Source of the DNA: Candidatus Bathyarchaeota archaeon
Lineage (GTDB): Archaea; Thermoproteota; Bathyarchaeia; Bathyarchaeales; Bathycorpusculaceae
Assembly (NCBI GenBank): GCA_963780185.1
Contig: CAWABA010000009.1
Span: 160,001 to 224,000 of the forward strand
DNA length: 64,000 nt
Direction of reading: 5' to 3'
The notes under the pieces are model-generated. The model ran no database searches. It had not been told where the DNA came from and worked only from the letters and a program-made list of their open reading frames with translations. Made by a program: the position numbers and the translations under genes. Shown here one piece after another: positions 26,224 to 37,002 of the stretch (its first letter is position 1; every line of letters begins with the position of its first letter).

Positions 26224-27223
26224 ATTGCCGCCAAATGGACTCTAACTCTTTCTCCGTTGGCTTTCGCGGATAATTGTAGATTGGCCCGCTGGGCTTCTCA
26301 TTGTAGAAAGGTCGGTTGCAATCTGCGCAGCCTGAAGTCAGAAAAGGTTCACCCGAACGAACCGCATCTTCTAAGGCTTTTTTGGCTAATCCAAAACCTG
26401 CAATTTTTCCATCATCATCAAAACGCATGCCGTCCCCCCTCGCTAATCCCTTAACAATCAAGAATCTGGCAAGTTGAACCCGCCTGTAAGATTCCAGCGG
26501 CGGCGGAGTGTTCTTTTCCAATGCGGTTCCCCGAACAGGCGTGAAGGCAAAAAGAGCAGGCAAAACCCCAAGGTCTACGCACCGCTGAATCACCTGCACT
26601 GCCTCCCGTTCACTCTCCCCTAGACCAACAATCACATGCGTGCTGATGTTGCCTTTCCCAAAAACCGCCAGCGCCTCGGCAAGCATACGGAACTGGCGGT
26701 CCCAGCTATAAGAGTCGCCTGCGCCTTCCCCCTTAACCCTGCTGAACAGCGTCTCAGTTGCCGCATCCAAAGCTACCCCTAACCTGTCAACGCCTGCATT
26801 CGATAGAAGCTCAATGTTTGCTCTGTTAAGAGGTTGGCAGGAAACCGAAATAGGAATGCGTGCTTCCTTTTTTATTTCTTTGACGAGGGCTTCAAGATGC
26901 TTGAACACATCTGGGTAGTTTAGGGCTTGGATGCAGACCCGCCTGATTTTGCCCATCCTGAACCCGTTTCCGATCGCCGACAGGACTTTTGGGGTTGGAA
27001 AGGTTGGCCACGTAACTCTGGAAAGCATCTCTGCACTGCTTTTGCTGCTTCGGGCTTGGGGGCAGAAGCCGCAGTTAGCCGTGCATTTGCCTAGCTTGTA
27101 GGTCATCAGGTACGCCGTTGTCGGCTCAGCATCCAACTTGCCTTCCAGCAACCCGAGAACGATGGCGGTGCCTGATGAAACGCGGATTATGTTCGGGAAC
27201 TGGGAGACGTTTTCTTGCTCCAA
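26207..27223 (-). CDS. lipS2: Radical SAM protein, LipS2 subunit of archaeal-type lipoyl synthase
   Basis: CTANCGFC, LSRVTWP and a C-terminal TSGCADCNRP that matches the TxGCPxC(N/D)RP motif of LipS2. Confidence 0.8.
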   Translation of the reverse strand: MEQENVSQFPNIIRVSSGTAIVLGLLEGKLDAEPTTAYLMTYKLGKCTANCGFCPQARSSKSSAEMLSRVTWPTFPTPKVLSAIGNGFRMGKIRRVCIQALNYPDVFKHLEALVKEIKKEARIPISVSCQPLNRANIELLSNAGVDRLGVALDAATETLFSRVKGEGAGDSYSWDRQFRMLAEALAVFGKGNISTHVIVGLGESEREAVQVIQRCVDLGVLPALFAFTPVRGTALEKNTPPPLESYRRVQLARFLIVKGLARGDGMRFDDDGKIAGFGLAKKALEDAVRSGEPFLTSGCADCNRPFYNEKPSGPIYNYPRKPTEKELESIWRQFTISF

Positions 27224-27348
27224 TTGGGCAAACTACCGTGCCAAAAAGAAGCAACTGGTCGATTTATTGATAATGGTTCTCACAACAGAAAGGTATGAAA
27301 AAGCGGAGTCGACTAAAGTACAAAATGCTTTTCCCCATCACCCAGATT

Positions 27349-27732
27349 TTAGACAACAAATTCAACGCCTTCTAAATTCTTGAACCATTTGTCTCCCGTG
27401 AGAAATTTCACCTCAGATTTGAGCGCGAGATAGTATCCCAGTGCATCCGCGTAAGATATGTCGAAGCCGTTTTTCTTTAACTTCAATCGAAGCTTCATAG
27501 AGCCTTCGATGTCAGCTAGTCCAAAGTCTACTGTGTATTTCGCAAATGTTTTAGTTACTTTTGAAGCCGCCTCTGTCCCATGAACTTGGAGAGTGCGGAA
27601 ATATATTTCCAACAAATTGAGTTTGGTTAAAAAACCATCGTTTTCTTCAAAATAGGCGATGTATTTGGGGTTATCACTTAAGTATGCAAGAACAGCATAG
27701 CTATCATAGAAGAAGCGTTTGGTTTTCTGCAA
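27349..27732 (-). CDS. vapC: VapC-type PIN-domain toxin
   Basis: FYDSYA, NLLE, SYADALGY and LTGD motifs. Confidence 0.9.
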   Translation of the reverse strand: MQKTKRFFYDSYAVLAYLSDNPKYIAYFEENDGFLTKLNLLEIYFRTLQVHGTEAASKVTKTFAKYTVDFGLADIEGSMKLRLKLKKNGFDISYADALGYYLALKSEVKFLTGDKWFKNLEGVEFVV

Positions 27733-27735
27733 GAT

Positions 27736-27942
27736 TTATCCCCAGCCGCGTCTCATTTCGTCTTTTTCGTGCTGCAAATCCTTGAACGGATACTTACCTC
27801 TAAGACTGCGTACATCAAACATTTTTCTAACTGTTATCTCGACTTCTTCCCCTTCCTTGAGCCCTTCTTCCTCAACCATTCCTTTCGGTAGAACGATGCC
27901 CAGTGAATTTCCCCAACATTTGATTTTTGCCTTAGTATTCAT
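27736..27942 (-). CDS. vapB: AbrB/MazE-type antitoxin
   Basis: KIKCWGNSLGIVLPK...GLKEGEEVEI. ATG at 27942. Confidence 0.9.
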   Translation of the reverse strand: MNTKAKIKCWGNSLGIVLPKGMVEEEGLKEGEEVEITVRKMFDVRSLRGKYPFKDLQHEKDEMRRGWG

Positions 27943-28175
27943 AGTTATACTTGTATAACTAATTGCTTTAAAGTCTTTCTGCAAAAACTTCTACCCCAGT
28001 TTCAAGTATCAGTTCTGTCTTTTCTTAAAACCAGCAAAACACAGTAATCGCGGTCAGGCTGGCTATGCTCCGATATTTACCTCTTTTTGTTAGATTGATT
28101 CTGAGTTTGGGTTGACCCAAGCATAAGCTCTCACCCTTCTTATCAAGCCTGTAATAAAGCTGGGGTGAATCCTAT

Positions 28176-28688
28176 TTAGGCGGGTTTTTTTGTCAGGCTT
28201 AAGGCTCGGCTTGCAAGCGACAACAAGAAGAATCCGAGGAACGCGTACTCAACAAACGCAAATGTTGCCTGCGACGGGAGAACAAGCGTGAGCACGACGC
28301 CGATGTACAGTGCGCTGCCCGTGTACCTGCCGATGGGGTCATAGAGTTTCTTGGCGTAGACGCTTGAGGCTAAGAACTGAGCGAACGCTGCGGTTATCAG
28401 GAGTAGGAGCCAAACTGAGTAGAACCCTTCCAAGCAGAAGAAGCCGAAGATGCCCATTACGAGGATAAAGTCGGTTGCAGCATCGTAGTATGCGCCGAAC
28501 CTTGATGTCACTTTCAATTTCCGCGCCAAGTAGCCGTCGAAAAAGTCACTTAATGCACATGCAGCGAACAGGACCAAGCACAATGCAATGTTTCCAGTGG
28601 CGTAGAGGTAGAAGAAGAGGGGCAGAACTGCAATTCTGACTGAGCTGATGGCGAGCGGGATAAGGATTGGTTTCTGCATCGGCGACAA
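28176..28688 (-). CDS. CDP-alcohol phosphatidyltransferase family protein
   Basis: SDFFDGYLARK...SRFGAYYDAATD matches the DxxDGxxAR...GxxxDxxxD signature. Confidence 0.9.
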   Translation of the reverse strand: MSPMQKPILIPLAISSVRIAVLPLFFYLYATGNIALCLVLFAACALSDFFDGYLARKLKVTSRFGAYYDAATDFILVMGIFGFFCLEGFYSVWLLLLITAAFAQFLASSVYAKKLYDPIGRYTGSALYIGVVLTLVLPSQATFAFVEYAFLGFFLLSLASRALSLTKKPA

Positions 28689-28769
28689 GTCGATATTTAC
28701 TCTTGATTTTTAAGTTAAATGTCTGCCTATGAAAATTCGTACAATTTCAGGTAAAACTTGAAAGTGCCG

Positions 28770-30146
28770 TCAGCGCATAACCTGGAAAGCCACATCTGTT
28801 AAACGTTCAACAGGCTCACCTAAGACGCCGTAGACGAGTCTTCCAAGATGTTTCCGTCCGTAAAACTGCGCATGCGCCTTGCCGATGGCGAATTTTAGTT
28901 TTCCTTCGCTGAAACCTGACGCGTAAAGGAGCTTGTGCCTTATTAAACGGTAGTTTTTTGGCTCTTCCCAATCCTCAATCGCGACGCCTTTGTCCTTGAC
29001 CCGGTCGTAGAGGGGTGTTCCAGGAATCGGGTAAGGCAACGTGAAAGACATGTAATCAAGCGGCAAACTCGAGGCGAAACGTACCGTGTCCAGCACCGTT
29101 TTGTTGCTTTCTCCTGGGTACCCGACGATGAAGAAGGCGCCGACTTTGAGCCCCGCAGCTTTAGTCGCGTACACCGCCTTCTTCGCTTGCTGAGTCGTTA
29201 TGCTTTTGTTCATTAAGCCTAAGACCGAGTCGTTGCCGGATTCTATCCCGAAGAACACGCGTAGGCACCCCGCACGTTTCATGCCTTCCGCCACTTTGGC
29301 GTCCATCGTGTCCACACGCGAAAGACATTCCCAGTCGGCATCTACTCGGCGGCGCACCAATTCGTCACACACGTTTAGGAGGTGGTTTCGGTTCAGGGTA
29401 AAACAGTCGTCCGCGAACCAGACACGTGAATACCCCAGCGACTTAATCTGCTCCACCTCGCCCACGATGCTTTGGACGCTGCGGCTTCTCATGTCAACCC
29501 CGAAGATTGGTCGACTGCAGAAATCACAGGAAAACGGGCACCCCCGCGAAGTAATCATCGACGACGTAGAATAGCCGAAATGGTGAAGGTAGTATTTTTT
29601 GTATGCGTCGTTGTCAAATAGTTCGCGGGAAGGAAGCCCCAGGCTGTCTAAGTCGCGGATGAATGGTCTGGGCTCAGTGTGCACAAGGTGGTCGCCGTCC
29701 CTGAAGACAAGCCCTCTAACGTTCGAGAACGCCGTTCCAGACGCGACGCAGCTGGCAAGTTCAACGATGGTTTCTTCGCCCTCACCCACCGCGACCGCGT
29801 CAAAAGTGCCAAGGAAACTTTCAGGCGACCAAGAAGGCATTGGACCGCCAACCACAAACAACCCGCAGTCCCCCATGCATTCGCCCTTAATCGCCGCCGC
29901 CAGCTCCAACGTCGTTTTCTTCATCGAAAACATCGAGTAAAAACCAACAATCTGCGCCTTCGCCCGCTTCACCCTTTCCACGGCTTCCCTGAACTGCATG
30001 AAAGTGCAGTCCACCAACTCAACTTCAAAACCATGCTTTTTCAAGGCGGCTGCTAAGTAGCCTAAACCCAGCGGCGGAAAACGAAAAATCGAATTATCAT
30101 TCTCCGGGTGAAAATACGGGTAAACAAGCGCTACCTTAGTCGTCAA
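28770..30146 (-). CDS. B12-binding radical SAM protein
   Basis: PPLGLGYLAA, VVGG, GEGE, SRGCPFSCDFC, FADDCF, GIESG and FFIVGYPGE. Confidence 0.92.
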   Translation of the reverse strand: MTTKVALVYPYFHPENDNSIFRFPPLGLGYLAAALKKHGFEVELVDCTFMQFREAVERVKRAKAQIVGFYSMFSMKKTTLELAAAIKGECMGDCGLFVVGGPMPSWSPESFLGTFDAVAVGEGEETIVELASCVASGTAFSNVRGLVFRDGDHLVHTEPRPFIRDLDSLGLPSRELFDNDAYKKYYLHHFGYSTSSMITSRGCPFSCDFCSRPIFGVDMRSRSVQSIVGEVEQIKSLGYSRVWFADDCFTLNRNHLLNVCDELVRRRVDADWECLSRVDTMDAKVAEGMKRAGCLRVFFGIESGNDSVLGLMNKSITTQQAKKAVYATKAAGLKVGAFFIVGYPGESNKTVLDTVRFASSLPLDYMSFTLPYPIPGTPLYDRVKDKGVAIEDWEEPKNYRLIRHKLLYASGFSEGKLKFAIGKAHAQFYGRKHLGRLVYGVLGEPVERLTDVAFQVMR

Positions 30147-30338
30147 AGAAGTTTTTCACCGCCGGAATGTGTTCTCAAAAATGGAAGCCTCGGAAATCAC
30201 TACGAAAAATAGAGCATGCAACCCTTTAAAAACCTTCCACACCGCGCCATATCGCGCCGATAACTTGCCATTTAATAGCCAGAGGCAGTGTTGGCAAAAC
30301 TTAATTATCACAACCTTCTAGGTCAACTGGGTTGTTCG

Positions 30339-30986
30339 ATGGCTAAGCTCACCGATTTAGGCTTCCAAAAAGGCGCAATCGCAGAAACCATAGTCTCCAC
30401 CTACAACAGCGACGGGTCGCCAAACGCTGCCCCCATGGGCGCCACCATCAAAAACCAGCAGCAGCTAACCATCGACCTATACAATTCATCCACAACGCTT
30501 GTCAACATAAAATCATGCAGATGCGCCGTCGTAAACTTGACCAGCAACATAGAAGTCTATTACAAAACAGCCTTCAAAGAAGCAAACTCAGACGGTGCGC
30601 TCCCCCAGGAATGGTTCACAAAAGCCCAAGCTGTAAACGCACCCAAACTACGCTTTGCGGAGGCGTCGGTTGAGGTTTCCGTGGCTGATTTGACGGCGGT
30701 TGGCGCGGAAAAAACAAGGGCGGTTCTTGACGTGGAGTTGCTGAAGGCGGAAAAGGTTTACCCGCAGGTTTACTGTCGCGCGTTTGGCTTGACGCTTGAA
30801 GCCATCGTCAACGCGACCCGCGTAAAAGCATTGGTAGGCGACCGAAAAGAACAGGTTCATGTCGGCGAGTTGGTGGGAAAAATTCGTGACTGCAACGTTT
30901 TGGTCGGTAGGGTTGCGCCAAACTCACCATATTCCGCGGTTATGGCTGATTTGATGAAAAGAGTTGAGGTGTGGAGTCAAAAATGA
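30339..30986 (+). CDS. DUF447-family protein (FMN-binding split-barrel-like)
   Basis: ETIVST...PNAAPMG...S.TL.N...LEA.V.ATR. Confidence 0.85.
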   Translation: MAKLTDLGFQKGAIAETIVSTYNSDGSPNAAPMGATIKNQQQLTIDLYNSSTTLVNIKSCRCAVVNLTSNIEVYYKTAFKEANSDGALPQEWFTKAQAVNAPKLRFAEASVEVSVADLTAVGAEKTRAVLDVELLKAEKVYPQVYCRAFGLTLEAIVNATRVKALVGDRKEQVHVGELVGKIRDCNVLVGRVAPNSPYSAVMADLMKRVEVWSQK

Positions 30987-32543
30987 AAGTTCTCCTTGTA
31001 ACCAGCGCGCTCGAGAAGGATGCGGTTGAAGGCTACGCCAAACAAAGCCAGGTGGAAACCGATGTGCTGGCGCTAAACGTCGCCGTCGCCGCCTTCCTAA
31101 CGCCTAAAACCATCAGCGAAGCCCTCAAAAAAACCAACATCAAAAGCTACGACTTAATCCTTACCCCCGGCTTAATCTGCGGCGACACCTCAGCCATCAC
31201 AAAAGCCGTCGGCACCCCCGCGTTTAAGGGTCCACGCTACGCCGCCAACCTGCCGCTTGTGCTGGATATGCTTGGGCAAGTTAAGCTTTCAACTGTTGAG
31301 CCAGCCTGCGACCTGCTTCGCGAGAAACTGCAGGAAAAAGCGTTGAAGGAAATAAAGAAAACCGAGCAAAACCGCTTGGAACTACTCAAGAAACCAGGCA
31401 GCATGCTCATCGGCGGCTTGGCTGTAGGCAAAGATTTTCCGATGCGTGTCCTCGCCGAAATCGTGGACGCACCCCAAATGACCGATGACGCCATTGTGCG
31501 GCTTGCGAAACGGTACGTGAAGGCAGGAGCAGACCTCGTCGACGTAGGCATGGTTGCTGGAGAATCTTACCCTTCTGAAGCCAAACGGATTGTGGCGCTT
31601 GTTAAACGGGCGGTGGATGTGCCTGTGAGTATTGATTCGCTTGACCCAGCAGAAATCCGCGAAGCCGTCCGCGGAGGCGCAGACTTGGTTTTAAGCGGCG
31701 ACGCAGGCAACCTCGAAGAGATCTCGCCCTTCGCCTCAAAAGTCGCCGTCGTCGTGATTCCGACAAACCAGCGGCAAGGGGTCTTTCCCAAAAAAGCCGA
31801 GGAACGCGTGGCTTTTCTCGAGGAAACAATCGCGAAGGCAAAACGGCTCGGTATATCAAAATGCGTCGCTGACCTTATTCTTGACCCAACCGACGTTTTG
31901 GAGTCTTTCACCGCTTTCAGAATGTTCGCCCAAAGAAACCCCGATGTGCCCCTGTTCGTGGGTGTTTCAAACGTGACTGAACTGATGGATGCGGATTCCG
32001 TCGGGGTGAACGCGTTGCTGGCGCGTTTGTCTTCGGAGGTGGGGGCAAGCATCTTGTTGGCAACGGAGAAAAGTGACAAGGTACAAGGCAGCGTAGGCGA
32101 GGAAGCCACGGCGGCTAAAATGATGTTTCTTGCGAAAAAACGCGGCTCTGTACCGAAAGACCTCGGTGTGGACCTGCTTGTTTTCAAGGACAAAAGAAAC
32201 CGTGAGGAACCTTACGACAAGACGCTGGAGCAGAAGGCACCTGTAATCTGCGCGGAAAAACCGTTTGCTGCTGAACTTGATTCGTCGGGGTGTTTCAGAA
32301 TCGTTCTTGACCGCCTCGGCGGAGACATAGTGGCGCTGCATTTTCCCAGCCAAAAGACGGATAAGCCTGACAGAATCGTTAAGGGCGAAACGGCGGACGC
32401 CCTCTACACGGAAATCGCCCAGCTCGGGTTTAGCGCCGCAGCCCCTTCACTTAGCCTATCTGGGACGTGAGTTGGCGAAGGCAGAAATCGCCCTGAAAAC
32501 GGGGAAAGAGTACATTCAGGACAAGCCAATGTTCACAAAGTAG
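30983..32543 (+). CDS. Dihydropteroate synthase-like protein with a C-terminal DUF4346-like region; 1-nt frameshift near 32426
   Basis: [21 protein letters not shown] and [12 protein letters not shown]. The conserved tail [25 protein letters not shown] continues in the +1 frame to TAG 32543. Confidence 0.85.
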
Positions 32544-32655
32544 CAAATAAAAACTCCCAGAAAATTTATGCACCATTTCAATCCAATTTTTGCCACAAAA
32601 AGAAGCTTTATCTTTTAAGTTGTGCAAACTAGTTTTAGGAAAGGTGACTTAAAAT

Positions 32656-33579
32656 TTGGAAAGCAATCCGTTACGCGTAAGCCTCGCTGGATTGGAGTTG
32701 CCGAACCCGACGATTCTTGCCTCAGGCGTGTTGGGGTTCTCAGCGGAATCCTTCAACCGCGTGGCAAAGGGCGGCGCAGGCGCAGTGGTTTCGAAATCCA
32801 TCGGCGTAGAACCCCGATTTGGCTACCCGAACCCCACGGTGGTTCAAGCTGACTCTGGGTTGATAAACGCGATGGGTTTGCCGAACCCAGGCATCGACGA
32901 GTACAAAGGCGAAATAGAGTACGCAAAAACCATCCTTAAAATCCCGCTTATCATAAGCGTCTTCGGCTACACAGCGGAAGAGTACGCAGCCGTCGCCGAA
33001 AAAGCCGTCAAGGCAGGCGCGGACGCCGTGGAACTCAACGTTTCATGCCCCCACGTTCAGTTCACGGGTTCCGAAATCGGTCAAAACCCCAAGATTCTCT
33101 CGCAGGTGGTTGAGCAAGTTAAGGCGGCAGTCAGCAAACCCGTCATCGTTAAGCTTACGCCAAACGTCGCAGACATCGCTGTGTCAGCTAAGGCGGCGGT
33201 TGAAGCAGGCGCAGACGCGTTAACGGCGGTGAACACGCTTAAGGCAATGGCGATTGACGCAGAGACGACGCGTCCAGTTTTAAGCAACATCAAAGGCGGC
33301 TTGTCAGGTGCAGCCATCAAGCCTGTCTCGTTAAGATGCGTCTTTGATATTCGTGAAGAGTTGCCTGACGTGCCCATCATCGGCTGCGGAGGCATAAGCG
33401 GCTGGCGCGACGCCGTCGAGTTCATGCTTGCTGGCGCTTCAGCCGTGCAGGTCGGCACCGCCGTAGCTTGGGAGGACACGTCTGTTTTCCAAGACATAAC
33501 TAAAGGCTTAGAAGTTTACTTAAGAAAGAAGCATTTTGGGAGTGTGAAAGAAATTGTCAACCTCGCTCATCGCAGCTAA
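32656..33579 (+). CDS. pyrD: Dihydroorotate dehydrogenase, family 1B catalytic subunit
   Basis: NPTILASG, NAMGLPNPG, ELNVSCPH, KLTPN, GGLSG and GCGGI. Confidence 0.96.
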   Translation: MESNPLRVSLAGLELPNPTILASGVLGFSAESFNRVAKGGAGAVVSKSIGVEPRFGYPNPTVVQADSGLINAMGLPNPGIDEYKGEIEYAKTILKIPLIISVFGYTAEEYAAVAEKAVKAGADAVELNVSCPHVQFTGSEIGQNPKILSQVVEQVKAAVSKPVIVKLTPNVADIAVSAKAAVEAGADALTAVNTLKAMAIDAETTRPVLSNIKGGLSGAAIKPVSLRCVFDIREELPDVPIIGCGGISGWRDAVEFMLAGASAVQVGTAVAWEDTSVFQDITKGLEVYLRKKHFGSVKEIVNLAHRS

Positions 33580-34372
33580 TACGATTAGAACCTCAGAAAT
33601 CGTGCGGGTCATAACGGAAAGCCCAACCGTAAAAACCTTCACAATCTACGACAAGCTATGCTCAAAGGCTAAGCCGGGGCAATTTTTGATGCTTTGGCTG
33701 CCGGGCATAGACGAAATCCCGCTGAGCATAATGGATGTTGGAAAAGACTTGGTTTCCGTCTCGGTGAAGCAGGTCGGCGACGCCACTCGGCATCTGCACA
33801 GCATGAAAGCAGGCGCAACCGTCGGCGTGCGGGGACCCTTCGGGAACAACTTCACTGAAAGCCGAGGCAGAGTCCTGCTGGTCGGCGGAGGCACAGGAAC
33901 GGCGCCTCTTCTGTTTTTGGCAAAGCAACTTGCCGCCAAAACCGAAAAGTTATCTTTCGTGGAAGGCGCAAAAACCAAAGACGAACTCCTCTTCATACGT
34001 GAGCTCAAGGGCGTCTGCAACGAAAAAACCCTGACCACAACCACGGAAGACGGCACCTACGGCTTACAATGCATGGTAACTGAACCCTTAGCCAAACTGC
34101 TGGAACGCGAAAAATTCGACATGATCTACACCTGCGGACCCGAAGTCATGGTCAAAAAAATCTTCGAACTCACCGAAACGCGGAAGCTACCGTTGGAAGC
34201 GAGCCTTGAGCGGCTTATGCGTTGCGGCATCGGCTTGTGCGGAAGCTGCGTAATCGGCAAGTACCGCGTCTGCAGGGACGGACCCGTTTTCACGGCGGCG
34301 CAACTGCGGGAAGTCAAGGACGAACTTGGGATTTCCAAGCTGGGCTTTGACGGCGCCAGAATACCCTTCTAA
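33554..34372 (+). CDS. pyrK: Dihydroorotate dehydrogenase electron transfer subunit
   Basis: PGQF, RGPFGN, GGGTG and CGP, plus the 2Fe-2S motif MRCGIGLCGSC...VCRDGPVF. Confidence 0.96.
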   Translation: MSTSLIAANTIRTSEIVRVITESPTVKTFTIYDKLCSKAKPGQFLMLWLPGIDEIPLSIMDVGKDLVSVSVKQVGDATRHLHSMKAGATVGVRGPFGNNFTESRGRVLLVGGGTGTAPLLFLAKQLAAKTEKLSFVEGAKTKDELLFIRELKGVCNEKTLTTTTEDGTYGLQCMVTEPLAKLLEREKFDMIYTCGPEVMVKKIFELTETRKLPLEASLERLMRCGIGLCGSCVIGKYRVCRDGPVFTAAQLREVKDELGISKLGFDGARIPF

Positions 34373-34382
34373 GGCATACGTC

Positions 34383-34691
34383 ATGTCGCTGAGCCAAGAG
34401 GAACTCGAGCAACAGGTCAAAAGAGCAGTTGCCCTCTACAACAGGCTCCGAAGCCCCGAAGTGACGGTTAAGCTGGTTTCCGCTTCGCCGTTGACCGTGA
34501 CGGTTTCGTTTTCAGGCGGCTTCTGCTACGGCTGCGGCGTCATGGACTACGTGGACGGCTTCGCAGAGCAGTTCAAGCTCTTGAGCGGAAAAGCAGAGTT
34601 AAAGGTTGGCAAAACAAGGCAGATAAACCCTAGAAACTTCGAAGCAGACTACAACATTGAGGGCCGAAGGAAAACCTTGACTTTTGAGTAA
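34383..34691 (+). CDS. Small hypothetical protein with a NifU-like F.G.FCxxCG motif
   Basis: YNRLRSPEV...FSGGFCYGCGVMDY. ATG at 34383. Confidence 0.75.
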   Translation: MSLSQEELEQQVKRAVALYNRLRSPEVTVKLVSASPLTVTVSFSGGFCYGCGVMDYVDGFAEQFKLLSGKAELKVGKTRQINPRNFEADYNIEGRRKTLTFE

Positions 34692-34807
34692 AAGAAAACA
34701 TGACTGAACTCATAACCGAATACCTAAACGACCCAGACGCAGGACCACACTACTCCATTGAAAAGCTAAAAAAAGCTTAAAAGTAACAGGCTCAACAGGA
34801 ATTAATT

Positions 34808-35026
34808 ATGCAGAGACGATTGGTTATTGCGGGAGTCTTCGTTCTCGCGGTTTTCCTAGTTGTTGAGATACTTTTTACGCAATTTAGGGTTTTCTGGTAT
34901 CTTGGTTACTTCGGTAATGCAGGTTACATACTCGGTTCAGGGGTCTCTTTTTTCACAGGTCTTCTTGCAGTCTATTTAGTTTATTTTGGGGTAAAAAGCA
35001 CCAAATCAAAGGATGCCGCGAACTAA
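34808..35026 (+). CDS. Small two-TM membrane protein
   Basis: 72 aa, hydrophobic. Confidence 0.65.
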   Translation: MQRRLVIAGVFVLAVFLVVEILFTQFRVFWYLGYFGNAGYILGSGVSFFTGLLAVYLVYFGVKSTKSKDAAN

Positions 35027-35175
35027 ATCTAAGACGGTTATCCACGGAGAGTTCTCTTTCGTGAAAAAGAAATCTAACTGTTAAATTCACATCCCCATTT
35101 AATGTTTGGGGGTTTTCAAACCAAAACACACATAGGCAAACCCCACAATTGAATTGGGCAATAGGAAGAAGGAAC

Positions 35176-35655
35176 TTGGCAGAGTTAGCGGGCAGCTGTG
35201 AGTATTTCTCAACCGAGAAACTATGCGAAATGCTTACTGAAAGTGAGAAAGCGAGAGCAAGAAGGCAGGTTCATTGCCAAAATAGCGAGAATATGACCTG
35301 CTGCTACGTTTGCTCGTTTAGACGAGATTGCGATATAAAATGCAGATATTTGGGTAACATCGAGAATGAATCCTCACAAACTGAGGCAGATAAAAGCGAG
35401 GTCGAACCCACAGTTATCAACGGCAAAAAAACCGAAATGAACCAAACAGAAAATGCCCCAGTTTTCTTTTGCTCAGAATGCAATGTCGAGATGTCCCTGG
35501 CTAGAACCAAGTTTAGGATTAGCGGTTGGGAAAAAGGGTTACCTCTAAAACCTGCTGAGGGCGATTCGGGGAAACTTGGAGATGAAATACTGCCTGTAAT
35601 AGTTTATCTGTGTCCAAAATGCGGCAAAATGGAGTTTAGGGCAGACGAGAAATAG
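35176..35655 (+). CDS. Cys-rich protein with a C-terminal Zn ribbon
   Basis: N-terminal multi-Cys cluster and C-terminal CSEC...YLCPKCGKMEF. TTG at 35176 after AAGGA. Confidence 0.7.
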   Translation: MAELAGSCEYFSTEKLCEMLTESEKARARRQVHCQNSENMTCCYVCSFRRDCDIKCRYLGNIENESSQTEADKSEVEPTVINGKKTEMNQTENAPVFFCSECNVEMSLARTKFRISGWEKGLPLKPAEGDSGKLGDEILPVIVYLCPKCGKMEFRADEK

Positions 35656-35901
35656 CCATCAAGACTTTTTCAGGTGAATCCTTGATTGCTGGTCAGATAA
35701 TCATGGATTTTTGTTGTTAAGGGTTTTTTCGGCTTCAATTGGGGGATTGCACGGTCAAATCTAGTTATTTGATAGCATAGCCCTTTATAGGGCGTGCATG
35801 TTCACGTAGTTGAAATGCGAGGATCGCATCATTCACTTTTCTAACCTTTTTGGGCTTAAGTGATTTAGTGACGATTCTGGGCAAATAAAAGAGAGAAAAA
35901 T

Positions 35902-36858
35902 ATGAGTATAACTATAGAAGTCCCGAAAGTTCAAAATCACTTAGCTGAAGTGTGCCCTGAATGCACAAGCAAAAATCTTGTTCACGACTACGACACAGGC
36001 GAAACCATATGTGGCGACTGTGGTCTGGTCTTGTACGAGCAAATGATGGATAAAGGTCCCGAATGGCGCGCTTTTACCCAACAAGAAAAGGCTTCCCGAA
36101 GCCGCGTGGGCATGCCGACATCATATTCAATTCACGACAAAGGATTATCCACCGCAATCAGCCAAGTTGACAGAGATGCGTTCGGAAGGAAACTGCCGCT
36201 TTCAACTAGATTGCAGATGTGGCGTCTTAGGAAATGGCAAATACGCAGCCGAGTGCACTCATCCATCGACCGAAACCTTGCACAAGCTATGTCTGAACTT
36301 GAACGTTTATCAGGAAAAGTTTCCATTTCCCCTCCTATAAGAGAAAAAGCTTCAGTCGTTTACAGAAAAGCTCTCGACAAAGGACTAGTCCGCGGAAGAT
36401 CAATCAACTCTATCGTTGCGGCTTCGCTTTATGCTGCTTGCCGCAAAAGCGGCGTACCCAGAACCCTCAGCGAAATTTCTGAAGCAAGTCTTGTCGATAA
36501 GAAAGATGTTGCAAGATGTTATAGACTGCTGTTGCAAGAGCTCGATTTTCACATGCCCGTTGCTGACGCGCTGACATACGTCTCTAAAATAGCTGAGAAA
36601 AACGGAATTTCAGGCAAAACACAGGGCGCGGCCATAACAATACTTGCTGAGGCGCGGCGAAAAAGATTTGCGGCAGGAAAAGACCCCATGGGCTTGGCTG
36701 CAGCAGCGCTCTACATAGCTTGTCTTCAGCTGAATGAAAAGATAACGCAAAAAGAAATAGCGGAAGCGGCAGGAGTCACTGAGGTCACGGTTCGAAACAG
36801 ATACAAGGCACTTAAGAGACAGCTGAATCTCGAATTCCCTGATCGAGCAAATAGTTAG
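35902..36858 (+). CDS. tfb: Transcription initiation factor IIB
   Basis: CPEC...ICGDCGLV Zn ribbon, GPEWRAF, two cyclin repeats, and VTEVTVRNRY. Confidence 0.97.
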   Translation: MSITIEVPKVQNHLAEVCPECTSKNLVHDYDTGETICGDCGLVLYEQMMDKGPEWRAFTQQEKASRSRVGMPTSYSIHDKGLSTAISQVDRDAFGRKLPLSTRLQMWRLRKWQIRSRVHSSIDRNLAQAMSELERLSGKVSISPPIREKASVVYRKALDKGLVRGRSINSIVAASLYAACRKSGVPRTLSEISEASLVDKKDVARCYRLLLQELDFHMPVADALTYVSKIAEKNGISGKTQGAAITILAEARRKRFAAGKDPMGLAAAALYIACLQLNEKITQKEIAEAAGVTEVTVRNRYKALKRQLNLEFPDRANS

Positions 36859-37002
36859 GTCGTCTTCTCTGACGTCTTTTTTCATTTTTTAGAGCTTCTT
36901 TGTGATTCTTTTTCCCACAACTCATAAAAAACCGTATTCACTTAATCATAACCACGGGAAACGATGCGTGGAGTCGTTTCTTTTTCGTAAGGAGATAACC
37001 AG

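Noticed and set aside
34700-34780. 26-codon ORF MTELITEYLNDPDAGPHYSIEKLKKA
   Set aside because: No clear RBS and too short to support. It may be a gene remnant.
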